The notes under the pieces: generated by a model | What the model saw: the letters and a program-made list of their open reading frames with translations, nothing else | What the model was told of the DNA's origin: nothing | Databases searched by the model: none | IMG/VR virus record: IMGVR_UViG_3300035704_000393 | Span: 9,677-73,676 of that record | Source of the DNA: a virus | Direction: 5' to 3' (one strand) | DNA: 64,000 nucleotides | Made by a program: the position numbers and the translations under genes | Shown: positions 43,944 through 54,658 of the stretch, one piece after another | Position numbering within the stretch: the first letter of the stretch is position 1 | Layout: each line of letters opens with the position of its first letter

Positions 43944-46900
43944 GTGCCACCGCCGGCGGACGGCTGGGCCAGGGCCATGATGGAGCTGGTCCTGCACGTC
44001 AACAAGGACCAGGCCCAGCGCGACATCAACAGCCTCGACGGCGGGCCGGCTGGCCGCAAGACCGGGCAGCAGTTCGGGCAGTCGTTCAGCCGCGAGCAGC
44101 TGACCCGGATGAACGCCGGCATGGACCGGTTCGGCAGCGACGCGGCCCGGTCATCCGACCGCGCCGGGCAGCAGTCCGGCCGCAGCTTCGGGTCCGCCTT
44201 CAGCGCGCTCACCCGCGGCGTCCTCACCTCGTTCTTCACCCGGGACGCCGCCGAGGGGATACGCGCCGCCGAGCGGTCCGGCGACGACACCGGCACCCAC
44301 TTCGCGTCCGCGTTCGGGCAGCTCACCAAGGGCATCGTCAGCTCGTTCTTCACCGGCGCGGCGGCCAGCGTGGCGGCCCGCCACGCAGCCGACTCGGGCA
44401 GCAGCTCCGGCCGCGGCTGGGGCGCGGCGTTCAGCCGCGACGCGACCTCCGCGGTCAGCGGCTTCCACAACCGGATGAAAGCCGACTCCGCCCGGGCCGG
44501 CACCGACGCGGGCACCGAAGCCGGCCGCGGGTTCGGCGCCGCGTTCCTCAACCTCACCCGCGGCCTGCTCGGCCGCGCCGACCTCGGCCGCGTCAACCTG
44601 ACCGGCGCCGGCGGCGGGGAACGCGGCCTGCTCGGCGGCATCGGCCCTGGCATCCTGGGCCTGTCCACCCGGACCGCCGGGATCGTCGGCCTCGGCGGCG
44701 CCGCGCTCGGCGCGGTCCCCGCCCTGGCCGCCGGCGGGCTCGGCGCGGGCGTCGCCGCCGGCGGAGCCGGCGCCCTGGCCGCCGGGTTCGGCATCGTCCA
44801 GTCCCAGGTCACCGACGCGATGAAGGCCCGGACCCAGGCCCAGCAGGCCGTCAAGAGCGCGACCACCCCCGCGCAGCAGCAAGCCGCCCAGGCCAAGCTC
44901 ACCCAGGCCAACGCCCAGATCAGGCAGCTCTCCCCCGCGCTCCAGTCCATCATCGCGTCCGAGACCAAGATCCAGGACACGTGGGAAAAGTTCGCCAAGG
45001 GCCTGGCCCCGCTGGTCGCCGGCCCGCTCGCGCAGGTCGCCCGGCTGTTCACCTCCCTGACCCCCGTCCTGCACCAGTTCTTCGCCGCCGCGGCCACCCT
45101 GGCCCAGCCGCTGATCGGCGGCCTCGCGAACCTCGCCCGGCAGGTGCTGCCGCTGCTCGGCGACGCGTTCCGCGCCGCCGCGCCGCTGCTGCGCCCGGTC
45201 CTGGACGGGCTGACCGGGATCATCACCGGGCTGCTGCCCGGCCTGATCGCCCTGCTGCACGCGGCCGGGCCGGCGGTGGAGGCGCTGTTCGGCGGGCTGG
45301 CCCGGCTGGGCACCAGCCTGGGCGACATGTTCGCCCTGTTCACGCCCGTGGTCACGGCGTCCGCCCAGATCCTCGGCTCGCTATTCAGCGTGATCAACTC
45401 GCTACTGCCTGTCATCGCGCAGCTCGCTGGCGTTTTCGCCGTCGCGCTGGCCCCGGTATTCTCCCAGTTCGCCGGGATCGTCGTCTCCCTGCTGCCGTTC
45501 CTGGTCACCCTCGGCCGGATCGTCGCCTCCCTGGCGGGCGCCATCCTCGGCGACCTGGTAGCCGCCTTCGGCGCCGTCGCCGCCCTGTTCCGCACCATAG
45601 GTCCCGCCCTTAACACCTTCGCCAAGGCCATCTCCGGTGTCTTCACCGTGCTGGAAAACTCGGGTGTCTTCGCGGTCCTCGGCGATGCCGTCGAGCAGCT
45701 GGCCAAGCCGCTGGGCGCCCTGATCGTCGCGCTGGTCCGCGGGCTCACCCCGATCATCCCGCCCATCGTCGGCCTGATCGCCCGGCTGGCCGCCATTTTG
45801 ACCGCCGGCCTGGCCAAGGCCATCGCCGCGCTGCTGCCGCCGCTGACCCTGCTGGTCAATAACGTCCTGGCCGCCCTCATCCCTCTCCTGCCAGTCGTCA
45901 TCCCGCTGCTGACCGTGTTCACGCAGATTTTCACGCTCGTCCTCGTCCGGGTCATCACCGACCTGGCCAAGGCCCTCAACGAGGTCTTCAACGTCGTCCT
46001 CACCCCCGGCGTGCTCCGCGCCGTCGCCGTCGGCATCACCGCGATCTGGCTGGCCTTCAAGCTGTTCGGCCTGTACAGCCTGGTCACCAACCCGATCGGC
46101 CTGATCATCGTCGCGATCGGCCTGCTCGTCGTCGGCATCGTAGAACTCGCCACCCACTGGCACCAGGTGTGGACGGCGATCACGGCGGCAGCCCAGGCCA
46201 CCGGCCGGTTCTTCACCAGCCTGTACCGCAACCAGATCGTCCAGGACATCCTCGCCGTCTGGTCCCTCGGCCTGATCCCCCTGGCCCAGCACTGGACCCA
46301 GGTCTGGGCCGCCATCTCCAGGACGGCCGTCGCCACCTGGCACGCCATCTACGGGGCTGTCCTGGCCCCGCTGATCAGCTGGTTCACGGTCTCCCTGCCG
46401 CACGGCCTCGGAGTGGCCACCAACCACGTGCACCAGTGGTGGTCCGACGTCGCCAACGCGTTCTCCGGCGGCTACCACACCGTGTTCAACAACACGCTGG
46501 CCCCGTTCATCCGGTTCTTCACCACCACCATCCCGCAGATTTTCGCCTCGTCGCTAGCCGGAGCCCGGCAGTGGTGGGCCAACATCGGCGGCGCCTTCCG
46601 CTCCGGGTGGAACGCGGTATGGAACAACGTCATCGTCCCGATGCGCAACCTGTTCACCCGGGACCTGCCCAGCTGGTTCTCCACTGCGGTCTCCGCGGTC
46701 GGCCGGTTCTGGTCCAACATCTATAACTCGATCCGCGGGCCGGTCGTCCGGGTGGTCGACACCGTGCTCAACGGCATCATCAGCGTCTTCGACTGGATCA
46801 CCAGCCACGTCGGCCTCGGGAAGCCGATCAAGCCCATCCACCCGTTCGGCCTCGCCGCCGGCGGCAAGGTCGGCAAGGTCCTGTCCGGCACCGGCCCGAC

Positions 46901-48326
46901 CGCCGACGACGTGATCGTCCGGGTCTCCCGGGATGAGACCGTCGTGTCCGCAGCGGACTCGGCGGTGCTGGCCCCGGCGTTCGCCGCGCTCGGCATCCCC
47001 GGCTACCAGGCTGGCGGGAAGGTCGGGCAGAACCCGCCGGTCTCGGCGGCGCAGGCGCGCTTCGGTCCCAGCGTCAACGCCGGCGGGCCAGCGCTCGGCC
47101 CGCTGTCCGGGATACTCCACAAGGCCGCCGACGTCGTGAAGATCACCGCGGCGTTCGCCACCCAGAACGCCAAGGCGCTCAGCAACGCGTTCTCCGACCT
47201 GCTCGGCGTCGGCTCCGGCGCGACCGGGGTCCTCGGGCAGATCCTCACCGCCGTCCCCAAGACACTGGTCAAGGACCTGGTGGGCTGGCTGATCGGCCAG
47301 GGCGGCGCGTCCGGCTCCGCGATCGCCGACTACGCCATGACCTTCCTCGGGAAGATCCCGTACACCTGGGGCGGCGCGACCCTCACAGCCGCCGACTGCT
47401 CCGGATTCGTCCAGGCGATCTACAAGCACTTCGGTATCCAGGCGCCCCGCACGTCCGAGGAACAGGGCGCGTGGGTCAAACGGACCGGCCCGCAGCCCGG
47501 TGGCCTGGCCTTTTACCACTCGCCGCCGGGTGGAGCCGACCCGGGACATGTTGCTATTGTGCGTAATGCGCTCCAGGTGATCAGCCAGGGCGGCGGCATG
47601 GGGCCGCAGCTGATGAACATCCACGCGATGCCGCTGCTGTGGACCGGCATCCCGCCGGGCGGGCTCGGCGCGGCGAACAAGGGCGGCCTCTACCTCGGCC
47701 CGGGCGGCTCCTACCAGAACGATATCCAGACCGTGCTCCGGTCGCTGGGCCTGCCGCTGACGCTGACCCGCAACTGGCTCCAGCAGATCCAGACAGAATC
47801 AGGCGGGTCGCTCACCGCGGTGAACAGGACCGACGCGAACGCCCGGGCCGGCCATCCCAGCGTCGGACTGCTTCAGCTAGTACCTTCGACTTTTGCCGCC
47901 TACGCTGGGCCTTACCGCAACGCCCAGCCGCTCGTGAACTACGGCGGCGGCCCGGTCTCCCTCAACGCGATGGCCCAGATTTACGCCGCGATCCACTACG
48001 CCAACGCGGTCTACCACGGCGCCGCGATGGACCAGATCATCGGCCACGGCCACGGCTACGCCAACGGCGGCTGGGTCAACGAGCCCGTCACCGGCGTCGG
48101 CAAGTACTCCCGGGCGCTGTACCACTTCGCCGAGTCCGGCCCCGAGTACGTCATGCCCGAAGGCCAGGTCCGCGGCGGCGACGGCACCGCGGCGCTGGCC
48201 GGCCGCCTCGACCGGGTGATCGCCCTGCTCGACGCCGCCCCCGCCCGGACCAGCGCCGGCGTCGCGCAGGCCGTGACCGCGCCGCAGCGGACCCTGGCCA
48301 CCGCCGCCCGGATCGGCGCCCGGTGA
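43944..48326 (+). CDS. Tape measure protein with C-terminal NlpC/P60 and lytic transglycosylase domains
   Basis: Amphipathic/Trp repeats; PYTWGG...DCSGFV...GHVAIV; TESGG...GLLQLVPSTF. Confidence 0.92.
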   Translation: MPPPADGWARAMMELVLHVNKDQAQRDINSLDGGPAGRKTGQQFGQSFSREQLTRMNAGMDRFGSDAARSSDRAGQQSGRSFGSAFSALTRGVLTSFFTRDAAEGIRAAERSGDDTGTHFASAFGQLTKGIVSSFFTGAAASVAARHAADSGSSSGRGWGAAFSRDATSAVSGFHNRMKADSARAGTDAGTEAGRGFGAAFLNLTRGLLGRADLGRVNLTGAGGGERGLLGGIGPGILGLSTRTAGIVGLGGAALGAVPALAAGGLGAGVAAGGAGALAAGFGIVQSQVTDAMKARTQAQQAVKSATTPAQQQAAQAKLTQANAQIRQLSPALQSIIASETKIQDTWEKFAKGLAPLVAGPLAQVARLFTSLTPVLHQFFAAAATLAQPLIGGLANLARQVLPLLGDAFRAAAPLLRPVLDGLTGIITGLLPGLIALLHAAGPAVEALFGGLARLGTSLGDMFALFTPVVTASAQILGSLFSVINSLLPVIAQLAGVFAVALAPVFSQFAGIVVSLLPFLVTLGRIVASLAGAILGDLVAAFGAVAALFRTIGPALNTFAKAISGVFTVLENSGVFAVLGDAVEQLAKPLGALIVALVRGLTPIIPPIVGLIARLAAILTAGLAKAIAALLPPLTLLVNNVLAALIPLLPVVIPLLTVFTQIFTLVLVRVITDLAKALNEVFNVVLTPGVLRAVAVGITAIWLAFKLFGLYSLVTNPIGLIIVAIGLLVVGIVELATHWHQVWTAITAAAQATGRFFTSLYRNQIVQDILAVWSLGLIPLAQHWTQVWAAISRTAVATWHAIYGAVLAPLISWFTVSLPHGLGVATNHVHQWWSDVANAFSGGYHTVFNNTLAPFIRFFTTTIPQIFASSLAGARQWWANIGGAFRSGWNAVWNNVIVPMRNLFTRDLPSWFSTAVSAVGRFWSNIYNSIRGPVVRVVDTVLNGIISVFDWITSHVGLGKPIKPIHPFGLAAGGKVGKVLSGTGPTADDVIVRVSRDETVVSAADSAVLAPAFAALGIPGYQAGGKVGQNPPVSAAQARFGPSVNAGGPALGPLSGILHKAADVVKITAAFATQNAKALSNAFSDLLGVGSGATGVLGQILTAVPKTLVKDLVGWLIGQGGASGSAIADYAMTFLGKIPYTWGGATLTAADCSGFVQAIYKHFGIQAPRTSEEQGAWVKRTGPQPGGLAFYHSPPGGADPGHVAIVRNALQVISQGGGMGPQLMNIHAMPLLWTGIPPGGLGAANKGGLYLGPGGSYQNDIQTVLRSLGLPLTLTRNWLQQIQTESGGSLTAVNRTDANARAGHPSVGLLQLVPSTFAAYAGPYRNAQPLVNYGGGPVSLNAMAQIYAAIHYANAVYHGAAMDQIIGHGHGYANGGWVNEPVTGVGKYSRALYHFAESGPEYVMPEGQVRGGDGTAALAGRLDRVIALLDAAPARTSAGVAQAVTAPQRTLATAARIGAR

Positions 48327-48367
48327 GCCGAGATCGCCCTTTGACCTGACCGGGAGGTAGCGCTGCC

Positions 48368-50110
48368 GTGTCGGTGACAACCGAGCTGTTCGCCAACCCG
48401 GCCACGGCTAACCCCGTCGTCACCAGCGGCGGGTCGACCACCCCGGTCTCCGGTACGTCGGAGTCCTGGACGGTCACCGGCCTGGCCGCGTTCCCCGCCG
48501 TCTCCAGCGCGGCGACCACGCCGACGTACTGCCGGTGCTGCGACCCGGCCCAGCCGTCCGAGGTCCTGTGGATCACCAACATCTCCGGGACCACGGCGAC
48601 AGTCACCCGCGGCGCCGAGGGCAGCACCACCGTCAACCACGGCACCGGCTTCGCCCTGGAGCTGCTCATCACCGCCGGCGGGCTCGGGAACTTCACCCAG
48701 GGCTGGCCCGGCCTGATCAGCACCCTGGTCGCCAAGTCGGCCGCGTACACCGCGACCGCCGCAGACAACGTGATCGTCTGCAACTCGACCACGGCCGCGT
48801 TCACGGTCACCCTGCCCACCGCGGTGGGCGCGCTCGGCCGCACCTACACGGTCAAGAAAACCGACAGCTCAGCGAACGCGGTCACCGTCGACCCGAATGG
48901 CGCCCAGACCGTCGACGGCGCGGCCACCTACACGCTGGCCAAGCAGTGGCAGTCGGTCACGGTCGTCTCAGACGGCGCCAACTGGCAGATCGCCGGGAAC
49001 TCCCTGGCCCTCGACACCACGAGCACGGACATCCAGCCGCTCGGCACCCAGGCCGCCGGCGCGCAGGGCATGGCCGCCGACGCCAAGCACGTCCACGCGA
49101 TGCCCCGGCATGACCAGCTGCTCGCCCCGACCGGCGCGGTCGCCTGGGGCAGCCAGAAAATCACCGGCCTCGCGAATGGCAGCTCGGCCAGCGACGCGGC
49201 GGCGTTCGGGCAGCTCCCCTCCATCGCCGGCCTGGCCGCGCTGTCCGGGGCCACATTCACCGGCCCGGTCACGGTCACCTCGCTGACCACCGAGACCACC
49301 AGCGTGACCAGTAACTACAGCGCCGGCTCGGGGGACTCGGTGATCCTGGCCGACGCGACCAGCGCGGCGTTCACGGTCACCCTGCCGACCGCCGCCGGGG
49401 TCGCCGGCCTGGCCTACACGATCAAGAAGACCGACTCCAGCGCGAACGTCGTCTCCGTCGTCTGCACCGGGGCGCAGACCATCGACGGGACCGCCGCCTA
49501 CGCCCTGACCGCCCGCGCCTGGGTCGAGGTCGTCTCCGACGGCACCAACTGGCAGGTGACCGCCGAACCGGACCGCACCGTCATCGACATGACCTCGGTC
49601 TCGATGACGACCCAGACGCTGCCGACCGCGATGTCTCAGGTGATGAGCATCATCGCGAACGAGGCCCGGGCCGGCATGGAATTCGAGATCGAGATCGACG
49701 GGGTTATCACCGCGCCGACCTCGGGCACCGGCCTGCCGGCGTTCACGTTCGGGCTCTACGTCGACGGGACCAGCACGCAGATCGGGGATAACACCGGGCT
49801 GGGCGGGGTGTACCTGACCCCGGTCGGCTCGACGTTCTCCTTCACGATCTGCTACCGGGCGCAGATCCTGGTTGTCGGCTCGTCCGGGACATGCACCGTC
49901 GTCTCAGCCGGCACCTCCCAGAGCCGCGGCTCTAACGCCGGGAACACCGGCCCGCAGGCGTCCGTCGCGCTCGGGTCCAACCACAACGGCGCCGCGACGC
50001 TCCACACCAACTCCGCGCACACGCTGCGGATCTGCGCCGCGTGGGGCTCCACCACGGCCACCGGCCACCATGCGGGCACCAACCGGACCCGGATGACCCG
50101 GCGGTACTGA
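48368..50110 (+). CDS. Minor tail/fiber protein with internal duplicated domain
   Basis: AAFTVTLPTA...YT.KKTDSSAN...GAQT.DG.A.Y.L...VVSDG.NWQ occurs twice; VTRGAEGST. Confidence 0.75.
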   Translation: MSVTTELFANPATANPVVTSGGSTTPVSGTSESWTVTGLAAFPAVSSAATTPTYCRCCDPAQPSEVLWITNISGTTATVTRGAEGSTTVNHGTGFALELLITAGGLGNFTQGWPGLISTLVAKSAAYTATAADNVIVCNSTTAAFTVTLPTAVGALGRTYTVKKTDSSANAVTVDPNGAQTVDGAATYTLAKQWQSVTVVSDGANWQIAGNSLALDTTSTDIQPLGTQAAGAQGMAADAKHVHAMPRHDQLLAPTGAVAWGSQKITGLANGSSASDAAAFGQLPSIAGLAALSGATFTGPVTVTSLTTETTSVTSNYSAGSGDSVILADATSAAFTVTLPTAAGVAGLAYTIKKTDSSANVVSVVCTGAQTIDGTAAYALTARAWVEVVSDGTNWQVTAEPDRTVIDMTSVSMTTQTLPTAMSQVMSIIANEARAGMEFEIEIDGVITAPTSGTGLPAFTFGLYVDGTSTQIGDNTGLGGVYLTPVGSTFSFTICYRAQILVVGSSGTCTVVSAGTSQSRGSNAGNTGPQASVALGSNHNGAATLHTNSAHTLRICAAWGSTTATGHHAGTNRTRMTRRY

Positions 50111-50113
50111 GGC

Positions 50114-53100
50114 ATGGCCGCGCTGACCGACGCGGTACCCGGCCGGGCCGTCCAAGGACTCACCAGCCCCGGCCGGCTCGCCCCGTCCGCCCCCGCCACC
50201 GTCACAGCCGGCCTGGCCGCCGGAACCGGAACCGCGCCAGCCCCGTCCTCCGCACCCGCCGGCGGACCGCCGGCGGGCTCGCCCGCGGGCTCCGGCACAG
50301 CACCCCCGCCCGCCGCGCAGGCAGCCTTCACGGTCACAGCCGGCGCCCCGGCGGGCTCGGGCACAGCACCCCGGCCGTCCCTCGCGGTCCAGGTCCTGGC
50401 CGGCGCCGCGCAGGGCACCGGAACCGCCCCGGAACCGTCCGCAGCCACCGCGGTATCCGGAACCGGCCACGCCGGGCAGGCCGCCGGGACCGGCCAGGCA
50501 CCCGCCCCGGCCGGCCAGCCGGCCAGCAGCCAGCACCCCGGCTGCCCCGCCGGAACCGGAACCGCGCCGGCGCCGTCGATCGCGACGGCCGCCGCGGGTT
50601 CCGGCCAGCCCGGCCCGGCCGCCGGCACCGGGCAGGCCAGCCCGCCGGCCGCCACGGCCGCCAGCAGGCCAGCCCCGCCCGCGCCCGCCGGGACCGGCAC
50701 GGCGCCCCAGCCCGCAGCTGCGGGCGTCACCGCCGTCACCGTCACGGCCGGCCTGGCCGCCGGAGCCGGGTTCGCGCAACCCCCCGCCCTCTACACCGGC
50801 CAGGCCCGCGCCGGGCTCGCCGCCGGGACCGGTACCGCGCCCCAGCCCGCCGTGCTGGCCTACTCGGAGGTGGCAGGACTCTTGACCGACAGCCTCGTGA
50901 TCGGCGGCGCCATCGAGCTGCTCGGCGGCGGCGTCGCAAGTACCCTGCCGCAATGCGCCGGCGCGATCTTCCGCCTCGGCCGCGGCTACGACCTCGGATC
51001 ACCCCAGCCCGTCGTGGACCTGCTCACCACCCTCATGGGCGACGGCTCCCGGCCCACCGGGTGGCGGTACGACAACCGCACCGTGACCCTCCCGGTGACC
51101 ATCGTCGTGCCGTCCACCGGCGACCTGCCCGGCGACCGGCTCACCCTGGCCGGCGCCCGCGAGCTGCTGCTCGAAGTCATCGCCGCCGACGAGTTCACCC
51201 TCACCTGGGCGCCCGACGGGCAGAACAACCAGCTCAACCTGGTCTGGGACTGCTTCCGGGCGCACGCCGCCACCGTCATCCACGACGTGCTCATGGCCCG
51301 GCAGCTGGTCTCCGAGCTGACCATCACCTTCGACGCCCTGCCCTACGGCCGCAGCGACACCGCGGTCGCGCTCGCGTTCGACTCCCCCGTAGTCGGGCAG
51401 GCCCCGCCGCTCGGCCCGGTCACCATTGACGACTACACCACGGTCGCCAGCCTCACCCAGGGCACCGCCGGCGGCACGTCGTACGACACGGCCGCGGCCA
51501 GCCCCGCGCCGGCCGCCTGGTGGAGGCTGGAGGACACGGCCGGCTCGGCCACGGCCGCCGACTCATCCGGCGGCGGCCACGCCGGCACCGCCACGAACGT
51601 GACCTTCGGCACCGCCTCCGGCGGCAACGCCCCGGCCGCCACCGCCGCGTCGTTCAACGGGACCAGCTCCCGGATCACCAGCACCTACAACCCGTCCGGC
51701 GGCGGCGCCTGGACGGTGCAGGCGTGGGTCAACCTGCAAGGCTCCGTGCCGCGCGGCAACCCGCGGATCATCTCCAACAGCCACACCGACGTCGCCGGGG
51801 ACCGCAAGGGCTTCGAGCTGCTCCTGGCCAACGGCCGCTGGCCGCAGGTCTGGTTCGGCAACGGCGTGTCCTCAGCCGGGGCCAAGGCCCCCGCACCCAT
51901 CCCGCTCAGCGGCTGGGTGTACCTCGTCGGCACCTGGGACGGCGCCACCATCCGGCTCTACGTGCAGAACACCCTGGCCGCCACCGCCTTCCTGAACGGC
52001 ACCCTCGCCGCCGGCGCCGCGAACACGGCCATCGGGTACAACCCGACCAACTCACTCGACTGGATGGACGGCCTGGTCAGCGAGGCAGCCGTCACCGCCG
52101 CCACGCTGACCACCGGGCAGATCGCCGCGAACTACCAGGCCGGCCAGCCGTGGTGGTCCCAGGCGACGGTCACCGCCCTGTACTCCACCTCGGCCCAGTG
52201 GCACCACGACGTCGCCGGCGCCTACCAGCCGCTCCAGTACACCCGCACCCTGCCCGCCCAGGTCAACCTGACCGGCTACGGCAAGATCCTGTTCTGGCTC
52301 GGCCTGGCCCAGGACACCACCGAGTACTGGCGGCCGAAAACCCCGGTCACCGTGCTGCTCATCCTGACCGACGCGCTCGGCCAGACCCTGAAGTTCTCCA
52401 CCCGCACGCCCAGCTACGCCTCCAAGAACACAGCCTGGCCGGTGTGGAACCAGATCACCCTGACCATCCCGCAGGGGCGGGCGTTCGCCTATGACCAGGT
52501 GGTCTCCTACCAGATCACCGCGTACAACGAGGTGCACCAGGGCGGGGCGCTGGAACTGGACGCGGCCGGGTTCCTGTCCGGCCTGACCGCCGCCGTCATC
52601 GCCAGCCCCAAGAGGCCGGCGAGCATCAGGGGCGGCACCTACGTGCTGTATGACGTCGAAGGGTCGGCGCCGGCGCCGCTGAACGTGCACTGCCAGCTCG
52701 GCCTCGTCACGCAGACACCCTCCACCCAGGTCATCACGCTGCCCGGCACCCCCGGCACGGTCAGCCAGTACACCGCGCCGCCGGAGAACCCGTCCTGGCT
52801 GCTGGGCGACAGCAACGACTTCGAGGGCGGCACGACCGGCGGCTGGGTCGGCGTCAGCGACGGCGCCGCGGCGAACGCCACCATCGCCGCATCCACGACG
52901 CAGGTGCTCTCCGGCACCTACTCCATGTCGATGACCCCGGTCTCCGGCGGCTCCAGCATGACCGCCGCGGCCTCGACCATCGCCAACGTCGGCAGCCAGG
53001 GCGTGCCCGCCAGCGCGGGGGACCGGATCGCCGTCCGGGCCTGGATGCGCGCCGGCACCACCGGCCGGAACGTGACAGTCGGCGCTGAGTTCTTCAACGC

Positions 53101-54658
53101 CTCGGGCACCAGCCTGGGCACCGTGTCGCTCGGCGCGATCGCGGACAACAACTCGTCCTGGACGAAAATCGACGGGCGGGTCACCGCGCCGGCGAACTCG
53201 GCCAACGCCCGGCTGGTCGTCACCGTGGCCACCCCGGCCGCGGGTGAGATCCACTACCTGGACGCCCCCTACCTGGCCTACGCGATCCAGGCCCAGGTCG
53301 TCACCCGGGCAGCCGGCGGCGGCGGCGGCTCGGTCGTCTACAAGGCCGGCGGCGGCGGCGGCGGCGCGGGCGAGATCGCGTGGGAAACCAACCTCGACCT
53401 GACCCCGGCCGCGAACCACGCCTACTCGATCGGCGCCGGCGGCCAGAAGGGCGCCGACCCGACCAACGGCGCGCCCGGCGGCGACTCCTACTTCACCGGC
53501 ACGACCACCACGGTGCGGGCGCACGGCGGCGGAGCCGGCCTCGGCCGGAAGACCGCGAACGGCAACGGAGCGGGCGGTTCCGGCGGGTCCGGGAGCACGA
53601 ACGGCCACCACTTCTCCGGGGGCTCGGGCTCGGCGGGGGACTACACCCAGGATGAGGGCGGCGGCGGCGGAGGCTCGCCCGGCGACGGCGGGTCCGGCGG
53701 AAACGCGGGCTCGGGCGGCCAGCATGTCCCGGGCGCGGCCGGCGCGGCCGGCGCGCTCGGCCTGCCCGGCGCGCCCGGCGGCGGCGGCTACGGCGGCCTG
53801 GCGGTCGGCGCGGCCTACAAGAGCGGCGACGGCACCCGCGGGAACACGCCCGGCGCGGGCGGCGGCGGCGCCGGGTCGAGCGCGGCGCTGCGCGGCGGCG
53901 GGTTCGGCGGCAGCGGCACCATCCGGCTCCAGATCACCACCTACTCCAGCTCGCCCGCGTTCGGCGCGCTGGTCGTGCACCGGCCCAGCACCCGGACCCC
54001 GATCCTGGCCAAGCCCGTCCTGGACATCGGCGGCGGCGGCGACCCGCCGGACGGCCGGGAATACACCATCGCCCAGGTCGACGGGCAGAACGCCCGGTAC
54101 GCCGGCACCTACACCGTCATCCTGGCCAACTTCTCCTGGGACGGCACCGCCGCGCGGACGGTCACCGCGACAATCCGCCAGTACACCAGCGGCGGCGCCG
54201 CCTCGGCCGCGGCCACGCTGACCGCCACGGTCACCCCCGCCCAGGTGACCAACGGCCTGGTCGTGCTCGGCGAGGTCACCCTTCCCGTCACCGACATGGC
54301 CGCCGACAACACCGACGCGTTCTTCACCGTGGCCGTGACCAGCAGCGACACCCTGGACAGGTTCACCGACCTGCTGCTGCTCGACTCCCAGGGCGTCACC
54401 TTCGTCGTCAACCTTCCGTCCGGCGGGTTCTCCGACTACTGGGTGGACGCACCCGACGCCAACGCCGACTTCGGCCGTGTCCTCGGCTCGCTGACCGACC
54501 GGTCCGCGGCCGTGTCCGTGCTCGGCAGCACCTTCGCCTCCGGCGGCCCGCTGCGGGTCGACCCGGGCGACAACCTGCTCACCGTCTTCTCCCCCGCCGG
54601 GATGCCGGCGCTGGAGGCGTCCTACTTCCCGCGCTGGTGGCACGAAAGGCTGGCCTGA
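50114..54658 (+). CDS. Multidomain tail protein (A/G/P repeats, Dit-like, LamG-like, CBM-like, Gly-rich)
   Basis: AWWRLED...WVYLVGTWDGATIRLYV (LamG); DFEGGTTGGW...YLD (CBM-like); GGGGGG repeats. Confidence 0.8.
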   Translation: MAALTDAVPGRAVQGLTSPGRLAPSAPATVTAGLAAGTGTAPAPSSAPAGGPPAGSPAGSGTAPPPAAQAAFTVTAGAPAGSGTAPRPSLAVQVLAGAAQGTGTAPEPSAATAVSGTGHAGQAAGTGQAPAPAGQPASSQHPGCPAGTGTAPAPSIATAAAGSGQPGPAAGTGQASPPAATAASRPAPPAPAGTGTAPQPAAAGVTAVTVTAGLAAGAGFAQPPALYTGQARAGLAAGTGTAPQPAVLAYSEVAGLLTDSLVIGGAIELLGGGVASTLPQCAGAIFRLGRGYDLGSPQPVVDLLTTLMGDGSRPTGWRYDNRTVTLPVTIVVPSTGDLPGDRLTLAGARELLLEVIAADEFTLTWAPDGQNNQLNLVWDCFRAHAATVIHDVLMARQLVSELTITFDALPYGRSDTAVALAFDSPVVGQAPPLGPVTIDDYTTVASLTQGTAGGTSYDTAAASPAPAAWWRLEDTAGSATAADSSGGGHAGTATNVTFGTASGGNAPAATAASFNGTSSRITSTYNPSGGGAWTVQAWVNLQGSVPRGNPRIISNSHTDVAGDRKGFELLLANGRWPQVWFGNGVSSAGAKAPAPIPLSGWVYLVGTWDGATIRLYVQNTLAATAFLNGTLAAGAANTAIGYNPTNSLDWMDGLVSEAAVTAATLTTGQIAANYQAGQPWWSQATVTALYSTSAQWHHDVAGAYQPLQYTRTLPAQVNLTGYGKILFWLGLAQDTTEYWRPKTPVTVLLILTDALGQTLKFSTRTPSYASKNTAWPVWNQITLTIPQGRAFAYDQVVSYQITAYNEVHQGGALELDAAGFLSGLTAAVIASPKRPASIRGGTYVLYDVEGSAPAPLNVHCQLGLVTQTPSTQVITLPGTPGTVSQYTAPPENPSWLLGDSNDFEGGTTGGWVGVSDGAAANATIAASTTQVLSGTYSMSMTPVSGGSSMTAAASTIANVGSQGVPASAGDRIAVRAWMRAGTTGRNVTVGAEFFNASGTSLGTVSLGAIADNNSSWTKIDGRVTAPANSANARLVVTVATPAAGEIHYLDAPYLAYAIQAQVVTRAAGGGGGSVVYKAGGGGGGAGEIAWETNLDLTPAANHAYSIGAGGQKGADPTNGAPGGDSYFTGTTTTVRAHGGGAGLGRKTANGNGAGGSGGSGSTNGHHFSGGSGSAGDYTQDEGGGGGGSPGDGGSGGNAGSGGQHVPGAAGAAGALGLPGAPGGGGYGGLAVGAAYKSGDGTRGNTPGAGGGGAGSSAALRGGGFGGSGTIRLQITTYSSSPAFGALVVHRPSTRTPILAKPVLDIGGGGDPPDGREYTIAQVDGQNARYAGTYTVILANFSWDGTAARTVTATIRQYTSGGAASAAATLTATVTPAQVTNGLVVLGEVTLPVTDMAADNTDAFFTVAVTSSDTLDRFTDLLLLDSQGVTFVVNLPSGGFSDYWVDAPDANADFGRVLGSLTDRSAAVSVLGSTFASGGPLRVDPGDNLLTVFSPAGMPALEASYFPRWWHERLA